A DNA stretch of 58,042 bases, counting the filler, from Dugesia japonica (taxonomy: Eukaryota): assembly GCA_001938525.1 (NCBI GenBank). It is 5 parts of 5 records of this genome, joined end to end, with 100 filler letters (N's around TTAATTAATTAA, not from the genome) between each part and the next. Parts side by side here need not be neighbours in the genome. Positions count along the whole stretch, not along the records: positions 1 to 11,450 come from MQRL01481641.1; positions 11,551 to 22,313 come from MQRL01619057.1; 3 more parts are not named here. One strand, 5' to 3'. Positions 1 to 12,236 of the stretch are shown piece by piece. Made by a program: the position numbers and the translations under genes. The notes beneath the pieces are model-generated. The model searched no databases and was not told the origin of the DNA. It was given only the letters and a program-made list of their open reading frames with translations. Each line of letters opens with the position of its first letter. Within the stretch, counting starts at the first letter, position 1.

Positions 1-263
1 ACTACTTTGCTTCTTTAAGATTTGACGTATTCCATAAATTCCAGTAAGACAATTTAAATAAAACATCAAATCATTATTAAAAATGTCATTTCGGTGTTTG
101 AAGCTCCATGTAGCACTACATTTTACTAACTTTAACAGGTTTGTCTATCACATCAAAACTATTATTTAATTCGGATTTTTAATCAAAGAGTAAAAGCTTT
201 TTCTCCAGAAATGTGTATTTTATTGATTTTCTAATAATACATCATATTCTTCTTTTAAAAATT

Positions 264-567
264 CAGTGGTCGCCAAAATTATGGACTTTACAGACCACTA
301 TAATAATTTTTAATCCGACGGACCAATGGTGTAGTAATATTTGTTAATAATTTGTCAGTAATTCTTTAATAGTCTTTAATTTAAAGCAACCACAATTCTG
401 GAATCTTTCCAGAAATATCTAGTAAAAAGTACAGCTGAGCGCCGGCAACTAATGTTACATCTTTAACATATAACGGTAGTTTTTAAAAAGAATCGACTGG
501 GTTAAAACAATTTAAATATACCATTTTTAACCGAAAGTTTTCGTAGACCAATGATTGGCGACCACTA
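264..567. mobile_element. Small non-autonomous hAT-like element (MITE)
   Basis: Terminal inverted repeats CAGTGGTCGCCAA (264-276) and TTGGCGACCACTA (555-567), 12/13 match, hAT-type terminus. No clean 8-bp TSD. Confidence 0.5.
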
Positions 568-674
568 CTTTAATTGATATAAAATGGCTTAATAATGGTG
601 TTGTATAAGAGAAATAGCGGATAATAGAAAGTTCTCTATATTCAAAAAATATAAACATTGTATTATAGTTTTAC

Positions 675-750
675 CATTATTGCGAGAATAACTGTTGAAC
701 ATAACTATTGATCGTATTTTTAAAGTATCAGTAAATTAAAAAGCTTCAAT
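675..750. repeat. Dispersed repeat, inverted copy at about 22730-22800
   Basis: ATTATTGCGAGAATAACTGTTGAACATAACTATTGATCG matches the reverse complement of CGATCAATGGTTATGTCCAACAATTATTCTCGCAATAAT. Confidence 0.6.
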
Positions 751-2059
751 AAAAATGATGTTCTTTTGTTGTTGTTAGTAATTCGAATTTTCGACAATTG
801 TCTTCTTCAGGAATGTACTTTTTGATTTATTCAGGATTTGTTTATCGAAATAGAAAAAGTTTGGAATTTATTTATTTTTTTTAAATTGGTTGATTTACTG
901 TAACTTTTATAAATAATATTGATTTTAGGTTTATCTTTTTTAATTAGTAATTCTTCTTGTTTCTTTNTGTGAGGTGTGGAAATGTAAGTTTTTTACTAGC
1001 CTATTTCACTGCGTAGTTTGCACGCGCAAAATATTTAAACTTACATTATATTATATAATTTTTAGCTTCAAACATGAAATTTGTCGCTTCAAAATTTAAT
1101 AAAATGTTGATATTAAACTATTGTTTTTTGGTAATTTACATTTTATCAGGATGGTTCGTTTAAAAAAAGAAAACTCAAAACCAAAAACGGGTTTCGATAG
1201 TAGGAATAACAGAAGACAAAGTTTGGAATTTAGCTGAGAAAAAGGCTAATTTTAATATAAAGTTTAACAATTTATTCCAGCATTTTAATATAAATAATTT
1301 TTCGGTTGATTTGCACTTTTTTTGAAAGGGAGGGTTAAAATTATGAAATTAAAAAAATTAAAAACAAAAAAAATTGATTATTAATTTAAAAAAATATAAT
1401 TAATACTAAAATGGCACTTTAGAGGAATTTCTACAAGAGCCAGAAAAAACTTCTTCAATCCATTATTTAACATCAAAATAGTATCATTTACATTAAAATA
1501 ATCAACTGACCTTCATATTTATTTTATTACGTTGTATGAACACTAATTGAATTGAATGACATTNNNNNNNNNNNNNNNNNNNNNNNNNNNNNNNNNNNNN
1601 NNNNNTGTATCCTACCTACGAGACTAATGTTTTAAAGAAGATTTATGCTAAACTGTCTACTTGTATATTCTAATGTCTATTCTAAGTCAAGAAATAAAAT
1701 AAAATCAATATTAGTACAATTTTTATACGTTTTTTGTTTTGTTACATATTTTTCAAATATTTATAACTTTATCATAATTCGGATAAATTTTTCAAGTAAG
1801 AAGTAGTTTTAGAATCTTTGTTAGTGAAAAAGGTTTTTCCGTCAAAATTTCATAAAAAAAAACTAAAAATATTCGGATCTATGTACTTCCAATGAAAAAT
1901 TTTGTAAATATAAAATGAATTAAATAATCCAAGAAGTTAACAAATAACAAGGAAAATTATGTGACGAAAGAAGATATTAAAACCGGGATTTTGTAAAAGG
2001 AAAATAGATTAAAAGATTACTAATTACAAGCTTATTTGTTATAAGTATGAATCTTTTTT

Positions 2060-2715
2060 AAAATTCATTATAAATCCTAATAGGATTGATTCGGTAATTT
2101 GTTTTGCCCATAACTTCACTCGCATATCAGCACAGTTTATAATATATTTTGTTCCTTTAATAATCTTTTAAAATATCTTTTCATCTCTGAATTAATGCTA
2201 AATCATGACTGTAAGCGAATGTGTTGAAATTTTGTGAAGTTTCAATTTTAATATTTTCTCAGAGTACTGGGTTGATTCCAATATTATATAACATGTCTGA
2301 CTCCCCCATTCATTTTGATTGGGATAATTTTTTTCATTGATGAGTGTTTTTATTTTGCAATTTTCATATAAGGATTCTAAGAAGTTTAATGAATTCGTTC
2401 TAAGCTCATAAATTTTGAGATTCCGATGATAAATTTTAATGGTACTCTGCTAATGGCGTCCGCAATATGAAGAAAGCATATATTTATATTTTGGCTTTTC
2501 ACGATCTGCTTTCTCAATTAACAATGGTAATTCTAAGACTTTTCTGATTATAGTGTAAAATATTTTCGTCTTATAGTCATTACATACAGAATCTTAAGAT
2601 ATCTAAGAACAATAAAGACAAGCACTATAAAGTAATTGATAGAGTGTTGATGGAAATAATGAAGGCTGAATTAAGAAACTAATAGATAATAAATTAAATT
2701 TCTTGGGTATATAAT
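2060..2715 (-). pseudogene. Degenerate non-LTR retrotransposon reverse transcriptase fragment
   Basis: Manual minus-strand translation across stops and frameshifts gives IPKK, PSTLYQLLYSACL, ILHYNQK, AFLHIADAISRVP, GGVR..NIGINPVL and FAYSHDLALI (degenerate YADD). Resembles the element at 31085-34400. Confidence 0.6.
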
Positions 2716-3474
2716 TAGCATAGATAGAGTTCGAACTAGTAAGTGTAAAATCGAATATATATATTAATAATATATATATTAATATATACTCAAAAATAAC
2801 CTGATAGAATTTTGACTTTGGAGCAATAGGTACCTTTTCATTTTGTAAACCTAATGAAATAAAATAGATTTCTAAAAAAATATACTAGTAAGTAAATAAT
2901 ATATTATAAGTAAGATATAAGAAAAGGAAATTTTTTTTTTCGACCAATATATTTTTGAAACCTTAAAAAGAAAGTTGGAAAAATTGGAATTTTGAATTTT
3001 TTTAATGTCGAGTTTCCAAAAATCTGAGAAAATGCAAATTTTGTTCAAATTAATGATTTTTGCTTTCGAAGTGCTGGGTTTGGAGCAAAAATCTCGAATC
3101 TTAGTACTCTGAAGAAACTCATTTTCCTTCATAAACCAAGCATTTTTAGGTATTAGTCCTTTAAGCAATGTATAGGTAGTTTTTTTTATTCTGAGTTGAA
3201 GGATATCAATATCAAAAATATTTAAAGAAATATTATCACTATATATAACTATTATCATTATGTATAATTTCACAAAACTCGCATTTTTATGTTGTGTTCC
3301 TTTAAGCAATGCATATGTAGTTTTCACACAAATTTTTCAAATTCCTTTAAAAATAGTTGGTGCAAATCTACTAATTGTTTGCATCAACCAGTTCCAAATG
3401 GTTTTCCTACAATGTAACGTGATTCTTCTGATTGATTACTGTTATATACTGTTATACAACTTCTGTACAAATCA

Positions 3475-3729
3475 TTATTTTTTTCGAAAATGTAAAGATA
3501 ATTGATTCATTGAGTCTTTGGGAAAGTTTTTTAGTTTTCCACTATCATCTTTTATATTTATTTCAATATTGTTTATACATGATATGGAAATTGGTAAATA
3601 CATTGGATTTCCAACTATTATTTGCGCTCCTTTATCATCTAAATACTTTTCGAACCATTTTGATTTTAAGAAAGGAACACGTACATTTCCAATAATAACA
3701 GATTCAACAATATATCTATAAATGGACAA
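3475..3729 (-). pseudogene. Polinton minor capsid protein (penton) C-terminal fragment, lineage B
   Basis: IVESVIIGNVRVPFL...PMYLPI...NIEINIKDDSG...LSLHFRKK is the typical C-terminus of Polinton/Maverick minor capsid proteins. Confidence 0.7.
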
Positions 3730-3779
3730 TATTTGACGTGATTATTATATTATGATTACTTAATGATTACACAATACTT

Positions 3780-4140
3780 ATTTTTTGTTTTAATTGATGG
3801 GTTTTTATGATTTCTTTTGTTTAAATGAAGTTAAATTATTTATTTTGTTTAAATTAAGTAAAATGAATGATTTTTAAAGTAAATTTCCCTCGGGGCATGT
3901 TAACATTAATGGTGCAGGGTAATATTAACAATACATATTCCCCGGGCAATATTGAAATAAACATAAATTGTACCCTGGGCAATATGAACATTAATATCCT
4001 TGAACGACTTAAATATTATTTGTTGCATGATTCAAACTATGAGATTAGATGCATAGATACCCGACATTAGATGTTCTCTGATCCATTAATATTAGTTGCT
4101 CTCTGGTAATATTAACATTATTTGTCCCCTGACAATATTA
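3780..4140 (+). repeat. Repeat related to the subterminal region of the non-autonomous Polinton at 25760
   Basis: Shares TTTGTTTAAAT units, AAATTTCCC and TTCAAACTATGAGATT with about 25940-26400. Has internal GGGCAATATT(A/G)A sub-repeats. Confidence 0.5.
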
Positions 4141-4361
4141 ACAATAAAATAATAAATCAAAACACAAATCACATTAGAAAAAGATATTGTATACAATAAC
4201 AAACAGTTGATAAAGGTAGTTCAATAAAAGCCGGTTCGAATATATGTAGTTTGATTGGTTTCTTCGTTAGATTACTAAATAATAAAATAAAGTTCTAAAA
4301 GGTTCAAATTAATTCATTACCTGTACATTTTATTGTTGATACAAAGTCTTATTTATTGCGG

Positions 4362-4720
4362 TCAAATATAATGTCCATATGGAATACTGGTGTTTTCGTG
4401 AATCCATACTCTCTTATCGTTATTGTTGGTCAATGCTATTTTTGGTCTCTTAAAGTTATACTGAGACCGATTGATTGTTATTGTAACCATCTAAATACGA
4501 TTTTTGTTTTAAGTTGATATCTTTTAATGCTACCATTTTAGCCTTCATGGTGTTCTTTTGGATAAGGAGACTGTAACATTTTGATCTCAGAAAAACCCAT
4601 TCCTTATATTTCACACAGTTGCTTTCATCTTCTAATTTCCATACTACAGAGCTTAGTTTGTTGTTATAAAGTGGATGTTCTGCACTTTAATTTGAACATA
4701 TTTTAAATTTAGCTTAAGGA
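4362..4720 (-). pseudogene. Polinton pPolB C-terminal fragment, lineage B
   Basis: Minus strand reads EHPLYNNKL..WKLEDES..EWVFLRSKCYSLL ... KIALTNNNDKRVWIHENTSIPYGHYI* (stop at 4362). Confidence 0.75.
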
Positions 4721-4859
4721 ATTATCTGAAAAGTAAATATTATGCCTAATGGATATTTTATGACAAAGGGATTTGATAGTATGACTAATAATATGTCTAA
4801 TGGAATTTATATGCAATCAGATAAGGCTTTCTCACTATTCTCAAACGATATGTAGTCAA

Positions 4860-6120
4860 AAGGAATAAACATTCAGCATAAAATTAAAGGAATACATGAC
4901 AAAACTTGTATTCAATGAAAATGATACGTCAATGAAATTTTTGAATATTCCTAAATTTGAAAAATAAAATTCCGGATTGGCTATCAATGTTGTATCATGG
5001 AACCAGAACTCTAATAAAGATGATGAAGACGAAGTTGTTATGAGAAATAGATTTATGAACAGAGACATTAAAATTGAAGATGTACAAATAAAATCAAAAT
5101 GGTGTCCTAATTGCTTAAATGGATTTAGGGATAATATTTCTTTCAAGACCAATGAACTAATTTATGAGAAGATACATACGGGAACCACTCTTTAAAAAAT
5201 GCCTACTGAAAATGAATTAATGTTTAAAGATTTTCCAAAAATGATTAAACAAAAGTGATTACTCCACCATATTCAATTTACGCTAATTCTTTACCGGAAT
5301 ATCTCGTGTATACCAACAACAAGCGAGAAATTTTTATGTCTTAATTGCACACTTAGGAGATCTAACTATAAAGTATATTGATTCATATCAATTTATCAAT
5401 AGCTCATTGGACACAACTGTTAAAAGAATTAAAACAACTCAATTACCAACAAAAGAGTTTAATGATCATAGAATCATTAAATCAAAGGGAATTTTCTCCA
5501 GTGATGGAAGAGACCAAATGTATGCCACAAATATGGAAAGATGCCAATGGGGAATTGTCTAGAAATGTGAATTATCACATGTAGACATTTAATTGATTAC
5601 ATGAAGGTTTATCTAAAACTGGATGCATTGCTGCTAGCTGACTTTTTTCAACAATTTCGAACTAATTCCCTAGTACAAAATGAACTGTAACCACTAATAT
5701 TCTTTGGAATTCCAGGCGTTGGGTGTGTACCAGCATTTATGACCCTAAAGGTTCCCATTGAACTACTTAAAGACAGTGATATTTTCACATTTTTCGAGGT
5801 AGGAATCAGAGGTGGACAAGCATTTTGTAAGCATTATGTAATATCGGATAAAGACACAGAGCTTTTGTACATCGGTATAAATAACTTTTGCAAATGAGCG
5901 TTAAGTCAGAAATTGCCATGTAAGCATTTTAAATGGATATATACCAAATAAGAACTAATATTGGATGAATGCATAACATAGGATCCAAAATATTTACCGT
6001 ATGGGTACACAGTAGAAGTTGATATTGAAATACCGGACTAATTGTATTATTATTTAAGCAATTTACCTGTTGGAGTCAAACATCAGAGCCAACCAGGTAG
6101 TAAGGTGAAGAAGTAAGGTA
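4860..6120 (+). pseudogene. Polinton pPolB N-terminal/central fragment, lineage B
   Basis: Broken frames give AINVVSW, CPNCLNGF, YLKLDALLLADFFQQFR, FFEVGIRGGQAF, LSQKLPC and GYTVEVDIEIP. Confidence 0.75.
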
Positions 6121-6170
6121 ATCGTAAAATAATTCCTTCCCCATTATAAACGCATTCAAAAAATAAATTA

Positions 6171-7030
6171 TTTTGATTATGTAATCGATTATGTAATCTA
6201 TTTTCAAAATTTTGCTCAGTTTCTTCATTGTATTGTGCATAATTTCTATTGTACCAACATAAATTTGGTATCAGTAGACGCACACTAAGGAGCCGTACAA
6301 AGTTATGCATTAAAATGCTTTGTCAAGCGGGGTCTTAAAAAGTTGTTAAAGATTTAAATTTTAAACACCACCATTTTGAAAGATATCGGCTCGAAATTGA
6401 TGCTATTCTTTCTAAATTTTAAAACTGCCTATACATCACCTAAAGTATTTATGTCGAAAAATACTTCAATTCGCTCAAAAAGGAATATCAGCATGAAACC
6501 AACCCTCATGGTCACAACCGATCGCGACGAAAATCTCAGCATAGGCAGAAAATAAAAAGGTAAGATAGGAATATTTCATGAACTCGTATCCTAAAATGCT
6601 TTCCTTCCCTAGAAAAATCTCGTTTGAAAATTTAATTACTTTTGATTACGTAATCAATTTTCAAAAATTTTGCAAATTTTTGATTCTCTTGTGCATAAGT
6701 TTTATCCTATAAAATAAAATTTGGTATCATTAAACGCACAAAAAAAGCCTCACAATGTTCTGCATTTAAAGATTTTGACGGGTGGGTTCTTAAAACGTTA
6801 TTAACTATTTAAATTTGAGTTTTTGGCGCCATTTTGAACGATATCGGTTTGAAATGCTTACCAATCTTTCTAAAATATAAAACTACCTATAATTCACCTA
6901 AAGTACTTGTATTGAAAAATTCTTAAGTTTGCCACAAAAGGTATGTCAGCATGAAACATGAAAAGATATAAAATTACAAAGTAAGATAGGAATGTCTAAT
7001 AAACTCATATCCTAAAATGCTTTCTTCCCA
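6171..7030 (+). repeat. Tandem direct repeat, two diverged units of about 400-470 bp; a weaker third copy at about 8440-8810
   Basis: Shared blocks TTTTGATTA(T/C)GTAATC, AAATTTGGTATCA, CCATTTTGAA.GATATCGG, CACCTAAAGTA, CAGCATGAAAC and GTAAGATAGGAAT...TATCCTAAAATGCTTTC. Confidence 0.8.
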
Positions 7031-7299
7031 CCAAAAAATGGTAACGAAAGAATTTGTTTTTTTGTGGATAGGGTCAAGTAAAAACATGATATTACGCCGA
7101 ACTTGATTTTGAACGACGCGCAAAGTATTGGCGGACAAATTTTTGTATGAAAAGATTTCAGTTAACGTAATCAGAAAAAGTTATTAAACAAAGAAATTTA
7201 AAAGAGTAAAAAAGCCGCCATTTTATAAATTGTTTTCTTGTACAATTTGATAAAGAGTTAAATATAAGTAGTAAATAAGAGTAGTATCAAAAAGTTGTT

Positions 7300-8100
7300 T
7301 GTTTGCTTTTTTTTAAAAGTATTTTGTTAACAAGAAAAAATGAATTGATAAGAAAAATGTAGCTTTTGATTTTTCTTATGTGTGTATGGATTTTTATAAA
7401 TCGTATGTAGAGGGGTTTTTTGTTGATAAGTTTTTGTTTTTTTAATTTAAAAAAAATTTTTTTTTTCAAATATTTTGGTATTGAGGCGAGGCGGTATGGT
7501 ATATGAGTAAGTGTGGAAAGCATATTTAGGTGTAATGTATGCGGATGTAATGTGCGTGTGTAAAAAATTGTCAAAAAACGAAATTTAACTCCAAAAGTGT
7601 GTGTGCGTGTGTGTATTCATCTTTTGGAGGTTGATGAAGGATTTGAACAGGCCATTTTATTCAAACTATATATTGCCTAAAGAACTTATAGTGTAAAATG
7701 CACCTGCGGCTGACAGACCTTGGTCAGCATGACACCACAGTGATGAGTTATCGCGCACTAACTTAAAATCAATCTGGTGTTGTGATTATTCGTCGGATTT
7801 GGATGAATTTGATATTGTTAGAAAGAGGAGGTTTTGGCACATGTGATGGTAAGGTTTTGAGGAGATTTGGTAAATTATTGATTTTTTTTCGAAGGATAAA
7901 GGTTTTTAGTTTGTATTAATTTATTAATAAGCAGTGTAGTTATAAGAAAGGTTTTCTGAGGTGTACTATATTTTTTCTAGAAAGAGAAAAGATAAAGGAA
8001 TATTAAAAAGTATGGTTTCGAATTTTCTGAGTTGTGGATAAGCGAGTGTAAATTTTTTAAAATTATAGCGGAAGAAGGTGAACGTGTTTATTAATGAATG
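7300..8100. repeat. Polinton TIR-like region, inverted relative to 10880-11450
   Basis: 7600-7830 aligns with the reverse complement of 11090-11275 (e.g. AGTGTAAAATGC..C.GC.GACAGAC, GATGAATTTGATATT). Related blocks occur in the TIRs at 38670-39149 and 41500-42245. Confidence 0.65.
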
Positions 8101-8211
8101 TTCGGACAGTTTTGATTTTTATTTTTGGATAGTCTTGAAATTTTGTCGTTGTTTGGGCAGTCTTTACGTTTAAGCGTGTTGCACACGTTTTAATGGTTGA
8201 TGCAACTAACT

Positions 8212-8250
8212 AGGGAAATATTAGCGCCCTGCAACAGCTCTTCTCCCGCC
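8212..8250 (+). mobile_element. Candidate Polinton left terminus
   Basis: ATATTAGCGCCCTGCAACAGCTCTTCTCCCGCC matches the reverse complement of the right terminus ending at 42245 at 24/33 positions. Confidence 0.4.
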
Positions 8251-9078
8251 GGGAAAGTGTTTTAGTATTTGATGTTTTGACCTTGGAACCTGGTTTGAAA
8301 ATTTTGAAACTAAGAAATTCGGCGAAATTTCAAACTTTCCTATGCCAGACGGTATCGTAAAGTTATCGTCATATTATCGTTTGATGCATAAGAATGCGAC
8401 GGATCTCATAGTATAATTCATGAGTCAATTAAGCGTGATCTTGATTACGTTATTAAGGATCAAAGAATGAAATCTTGCCTTACTCGGAATTTTAATCAAA
8501 TCAAGTAGATCGTGTTATCATTCTAATAGAAATTAAAAAGGACCTTAGTCATAAAATGCTTTGTTCTCACCTGAACGATGTTCACTTTAAAAGACTATTT
8601 TTAAAATTGAATTTAAAACGAGTCTATGCGAGTATATACAAAAACATATTAGCAATATTGAAATCAGCATAAACAACTACCTTTACATTGTTTTATCGAA
8701 AATGTGTTTCCTTATGTACCATACCCCAATAACCGATGAAGTGATATAGATAGAAAATTAAAAAGTAGGATAGGAACACATCCATACCAAAATTTATGAA
8801 AATGTTTTCTTAAAATTCAAAATGGCAGTTAAAGGTACATATTGATGTTTTAGGTCAAAGTCCATTTAAAATCATATTTTCTCGTCCAACTTGGTATCAT
8901 TAGAATGGTAATGAGATGAAAAATACATATGTCGTGTTTTGAAATAAGTTTGTTAAATATTTAGCGAGATATTTGCTATTTAAATTTTAAACATTAATAA
9001 AACTTGAATAAATTATCTACTTACAAATTGTAAATAGACAAAATTTATTTTAAAAAGATTATGAAAAATTTTTAAATT

Positions 9079-9477
9079 CTATTGTATTGCACATCTAATA
9101 TTTAATAATTTATGAATAGACATAACACACAATTCATATCTATTGATATCTATGAAATTTGAGACATCTATGTAATCAGGGTTGACTTCCATGTACTTTG
9201 AAAATTTTTCTATGTAATCAGTATTGACATCTATATAATCAGGGTTGACTTCTATGCATTTTTGGAGCTGTTTTCTCCTACGTTTTACGTGAAAATTTAA
9301 AATTGTTTTGTGGACTTTAATGCATTTTAAAACGATTTCTGTCATTTTGTAAGCATTTATTATGTAAAGACTTTGAGTCGGTACATAATGATTTAAATCA
9401 GTATTGAAAGGATGCAAGTCAATGGATCTTGATGCGTTGTAGTACGGATATACAATAGAGGTAGACATGAAATTCAT
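9079..9477 (-). CDS. Hypothetical 132-aa protein with EVNPDYIDV repeats
   Basis: Open ATG-initiated ORF with an internal repeat. No family recognised. Confidence 0.3.
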   Translation of the reverse strand: MNFMSTSIVYPYYNASRSIDLHPFNTDLNHYVPTQSLYIINAYKMTEIVLKCIKVHKTILNFHVKRRRKQLQKCIEVNPDYIDVNTDYIEKFSKYMEVNPDYIDVSNFIDINRYELCVMSIHKLLNIRCAIQ

Positions 9478-10482
9478 GATTATCTGAATGATCTATCTAT
9501 GGTTGTAGAACACCAAAGGGCACCCGGTACCAAAGTGAAAAGGCCATTGTTAATTCATTACGCAAACACTAATTATGTAGTGCACTGGAAGCTGCTACAA
9601 AGATATATAAGGTTAGGAGTAAGAGTTAAATTGATCCATAGAGCAGTAAGATTTACTCAAGCTTGTATTTTTGCAAATTATATTGATACAAAACACTGCA
9701 TTAAGAGCAGAATGTTATACAGAGTATGAGAAAAACTATTACAAACTACTAAACAACAGCTTGTATGGAAAATCCGTTGAAAACCTTAAGAAAAGAATGA
9801 AATTAAGATTGTGTAATACTAATAAAACATATGCATTTAAATCAAACTTTAGGAAATCTATCAAGATTGATGAGAACCTCATGGCAGCTTTAATGAATAA
9901 AAGGTCAGTTTGTTTAGATTGCCCAAGCTATATTGGTCAATCCATACTGGACTTGAGCAAATTACAGATGTATTAGATACAGTACATCGAACGCGAGAAG
10001 TACAGAAAAGAAGAAAACTGCAAAATTAATATTGTAGCTGGCGATACTGACGGCCTTTTTCTAGAATTAGTGGATATAAGCCTAGAAAAATCTTATCGAA
10101 TTAATGAAAATAGATGGATTACTAGATACATCTAATTGCAGTAAAGAACATCCCCTCAATATTAATCATCTGAATTCCATCATTGGAAAGTTCAAAGACA
10201 AGAATAAGGGAAAAATTATCTAGAATGGTTATTTTTAAGACTAAATTGCTACAGCCTGCTTAGTGAAAAAGAAGCATTGAAAGAAAAAGGTAAACACTGA
10301 AAAAATAGCAGCATCAACCATAAAACATATGTTGGCTGATATAATAAGGATGAAAAAGAAGCAGTCGTTATCAACTGTTTAGTATAAAATCATAGAAAAT
10401 AGAGTTAAGTAACAGTGATGGTAAGAGGTACTGGTTAGGTAAAAATGAAAGTGTACCTTATGGGCACTATAAAATCAAATAA
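9478..10482 (+). pseudogene. Polinton pPolB C-terminal half, lineage B, intein-free
   Basis: NYVVHWKLLQRY, KLLNNSLYGKSVEN (motif B), IGQSILDLSK, IVAGDTDG at about 10031-10054 (motif C), IGKFKD and VPYGHYKIK*. Confidence 0.85.
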
Positions 10483-10879
10483 AAATACTTTTTATCATAA
10501 GACCATCAATTTGATCCCGAATAATTGATTAAGAATAACTGATCAAATGAAGTTGTTTTTATTTTATGTTGTAAATTATTTAATAATTTCTATTTTAGAA
10601 AGAAAAAAAGAAAGACAGTTTGTATAAAGAATATGAGAACGAACCAACCAATCCTCTTTAGGGCTATAAAATTGGAATTGTATTATGTTTACAGGTTCTT
10701 ATTATGAACAAAAGAAGTAAAATTTTTGATTGTTTTTTTGTGTTTTTATGTGGGTTGTGTGCATAAAATGTATATATAAATAAAGTTAAATTTTATGTTT
10801 CATTTTTTCTGATTATTTACCTATGTACCTAGATTCAATAGTAGATGAAATGATTGAATTAAAAAAATGATTTCACCAT

Positions 10880-11450
10880 GATTTTAAAAAATTCAAACAC
10901 TCACATTCACATCTCGGAAAAATCGAAACCATACTCTTTCATATTTCTTTATCTTTTCTCTTTCCACAAAAAATAAAGCAAACTTCAGAAAATTTCTTTT
11001 CGTGTACTTATACTATATACAAACCAAAAAGATTTATCATTCGAAAAATAAACCAATAATTCACCAAACCACTTCAAAACCCGTACATTCACTTTCCAAA
11101 AATATCAAATTCATCTAAATAAGACACCTATTCACAACATCAGACTGATTTAAAGTTACGTGTCTGTCGGCTGAAGGAGCATTTTACACTTTAAGTCTTT
11201 TAGGTAATGTATAGTGCGAATTCGAGGTCCTGGTCAAATCCATCCTTAAAACATCCAAAAGGTTACTAACACACATAAAAATAATATGATAACATATACA
11301 CACTTTCATCATACACGGATCCGCAAAACAATTCGTCACCAATACCACATTACCTTAAACAAAATTTTAAAAAAAGAAACAAATTAAAATAAAATTTAAA
11401 ATTAAAAGAAAATTTTTAATTAATTAAAACAAAAAGTAATAAAACAAAAA
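10880..11450. repeat. Polinton right TIR-like region, truncated by contig end
   Basis: AC-rich. Inverted match to 7300-8100. Confidence 0.6.
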
Positions 11451-11550
11451 NNNNNNNNNNNNNNNNNNNNNNNNNNNNNNNNNNNNNNNNNNNNTTAATT
11501 AATTAANNNNNNNNNNNNNNNNNNNNNNNNNNNNNNNNNNNNNNNNNNNN
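11451..11550. other. Artificial contig linker
   Basis: N44-TTAATTAATTAA-N44, with stops in all six frames. Identical at four positions. Confidence 0.97.
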
Positions 11551-11614
11551 TATTATTCTTTTATTGATTTGCCACAAAAAATTCCCTGAATCAACCTGTC
11601 TATTTAATTTACCT

Positions 11615-12233
11615 CACAATAACAAATTTGTATATTTTGGATTTACTATTTTAGAATATGCAAAAGAAGTATAATTTGTATAATTTTGTATATAATCAAT
11701 TAGAACCAAAAGTCTGACAAGATAATTATAAAATTCATTACGGAGACACTGATTCTGCATTTATAGAGATAATTGGAAGAGATAATTTAGAAAAATTAAT
11801 TTGTTTTACTGGAAATGAATTATTTCAGATGAAAGATGAAATGCCTAATTCTGAAATTATTAAATGTGATTTTATAAAATCAAAATCTTATGCTTATGAA
11901 TATCTATTAAATGATAATGTTGAATTTCAGAAAAAACATAAAGGAATTCAATCTTTTAATAAAATTGGAATGAGGGAATTTGATATAGTATTAGAAAATG
12001 TATATACAAAAGTTTATGGAACTAATTATTCACTAAATTCTAACTTACATGAAATTGAAATTAAAAGTCAAAAGAAAATAGCTTTAACTGGATATGATGA
12101 TAAAAGAATTATTGAAGATAATGGAGTTGAAACATGGCCTCATGGAAGTGAATATGAATGTAAAAATTGTGAAGATTGGAATTTAAGATTAGATTCAATA
12201 AATAAAATATTAACATGTATATTTTTATTATAA
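11615..12233 (+). pseudogene. Polinton pPolB C-terminus, lineage A, intein-free allele
   Basis: GFTILEYAKEV, KIHYGDTDSAFIEI (YGDTDS at 11739-11756), QMKDE, KSYAY, KHKG, KIALTGYDDKR and TWPHG. Collinear with the extein of 44479-47004. Confidence 0.92.
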
Positions 12234-12236
12234 GAA

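Noticed and set aside
994-1030. Helitron 3' end on the minus strand (weak hairpin plus CTAGT)
   Set aside because: Hairpin is weak and there is no other support in the window.
2872-3721. Several overlapping ORFs (2872-, 3260+, 3432+, 3518+)
   Set aside because: No recognisable motifs; consistent with chance ORFs in AT-rich DNA or antisense shadows of the penton fragment.
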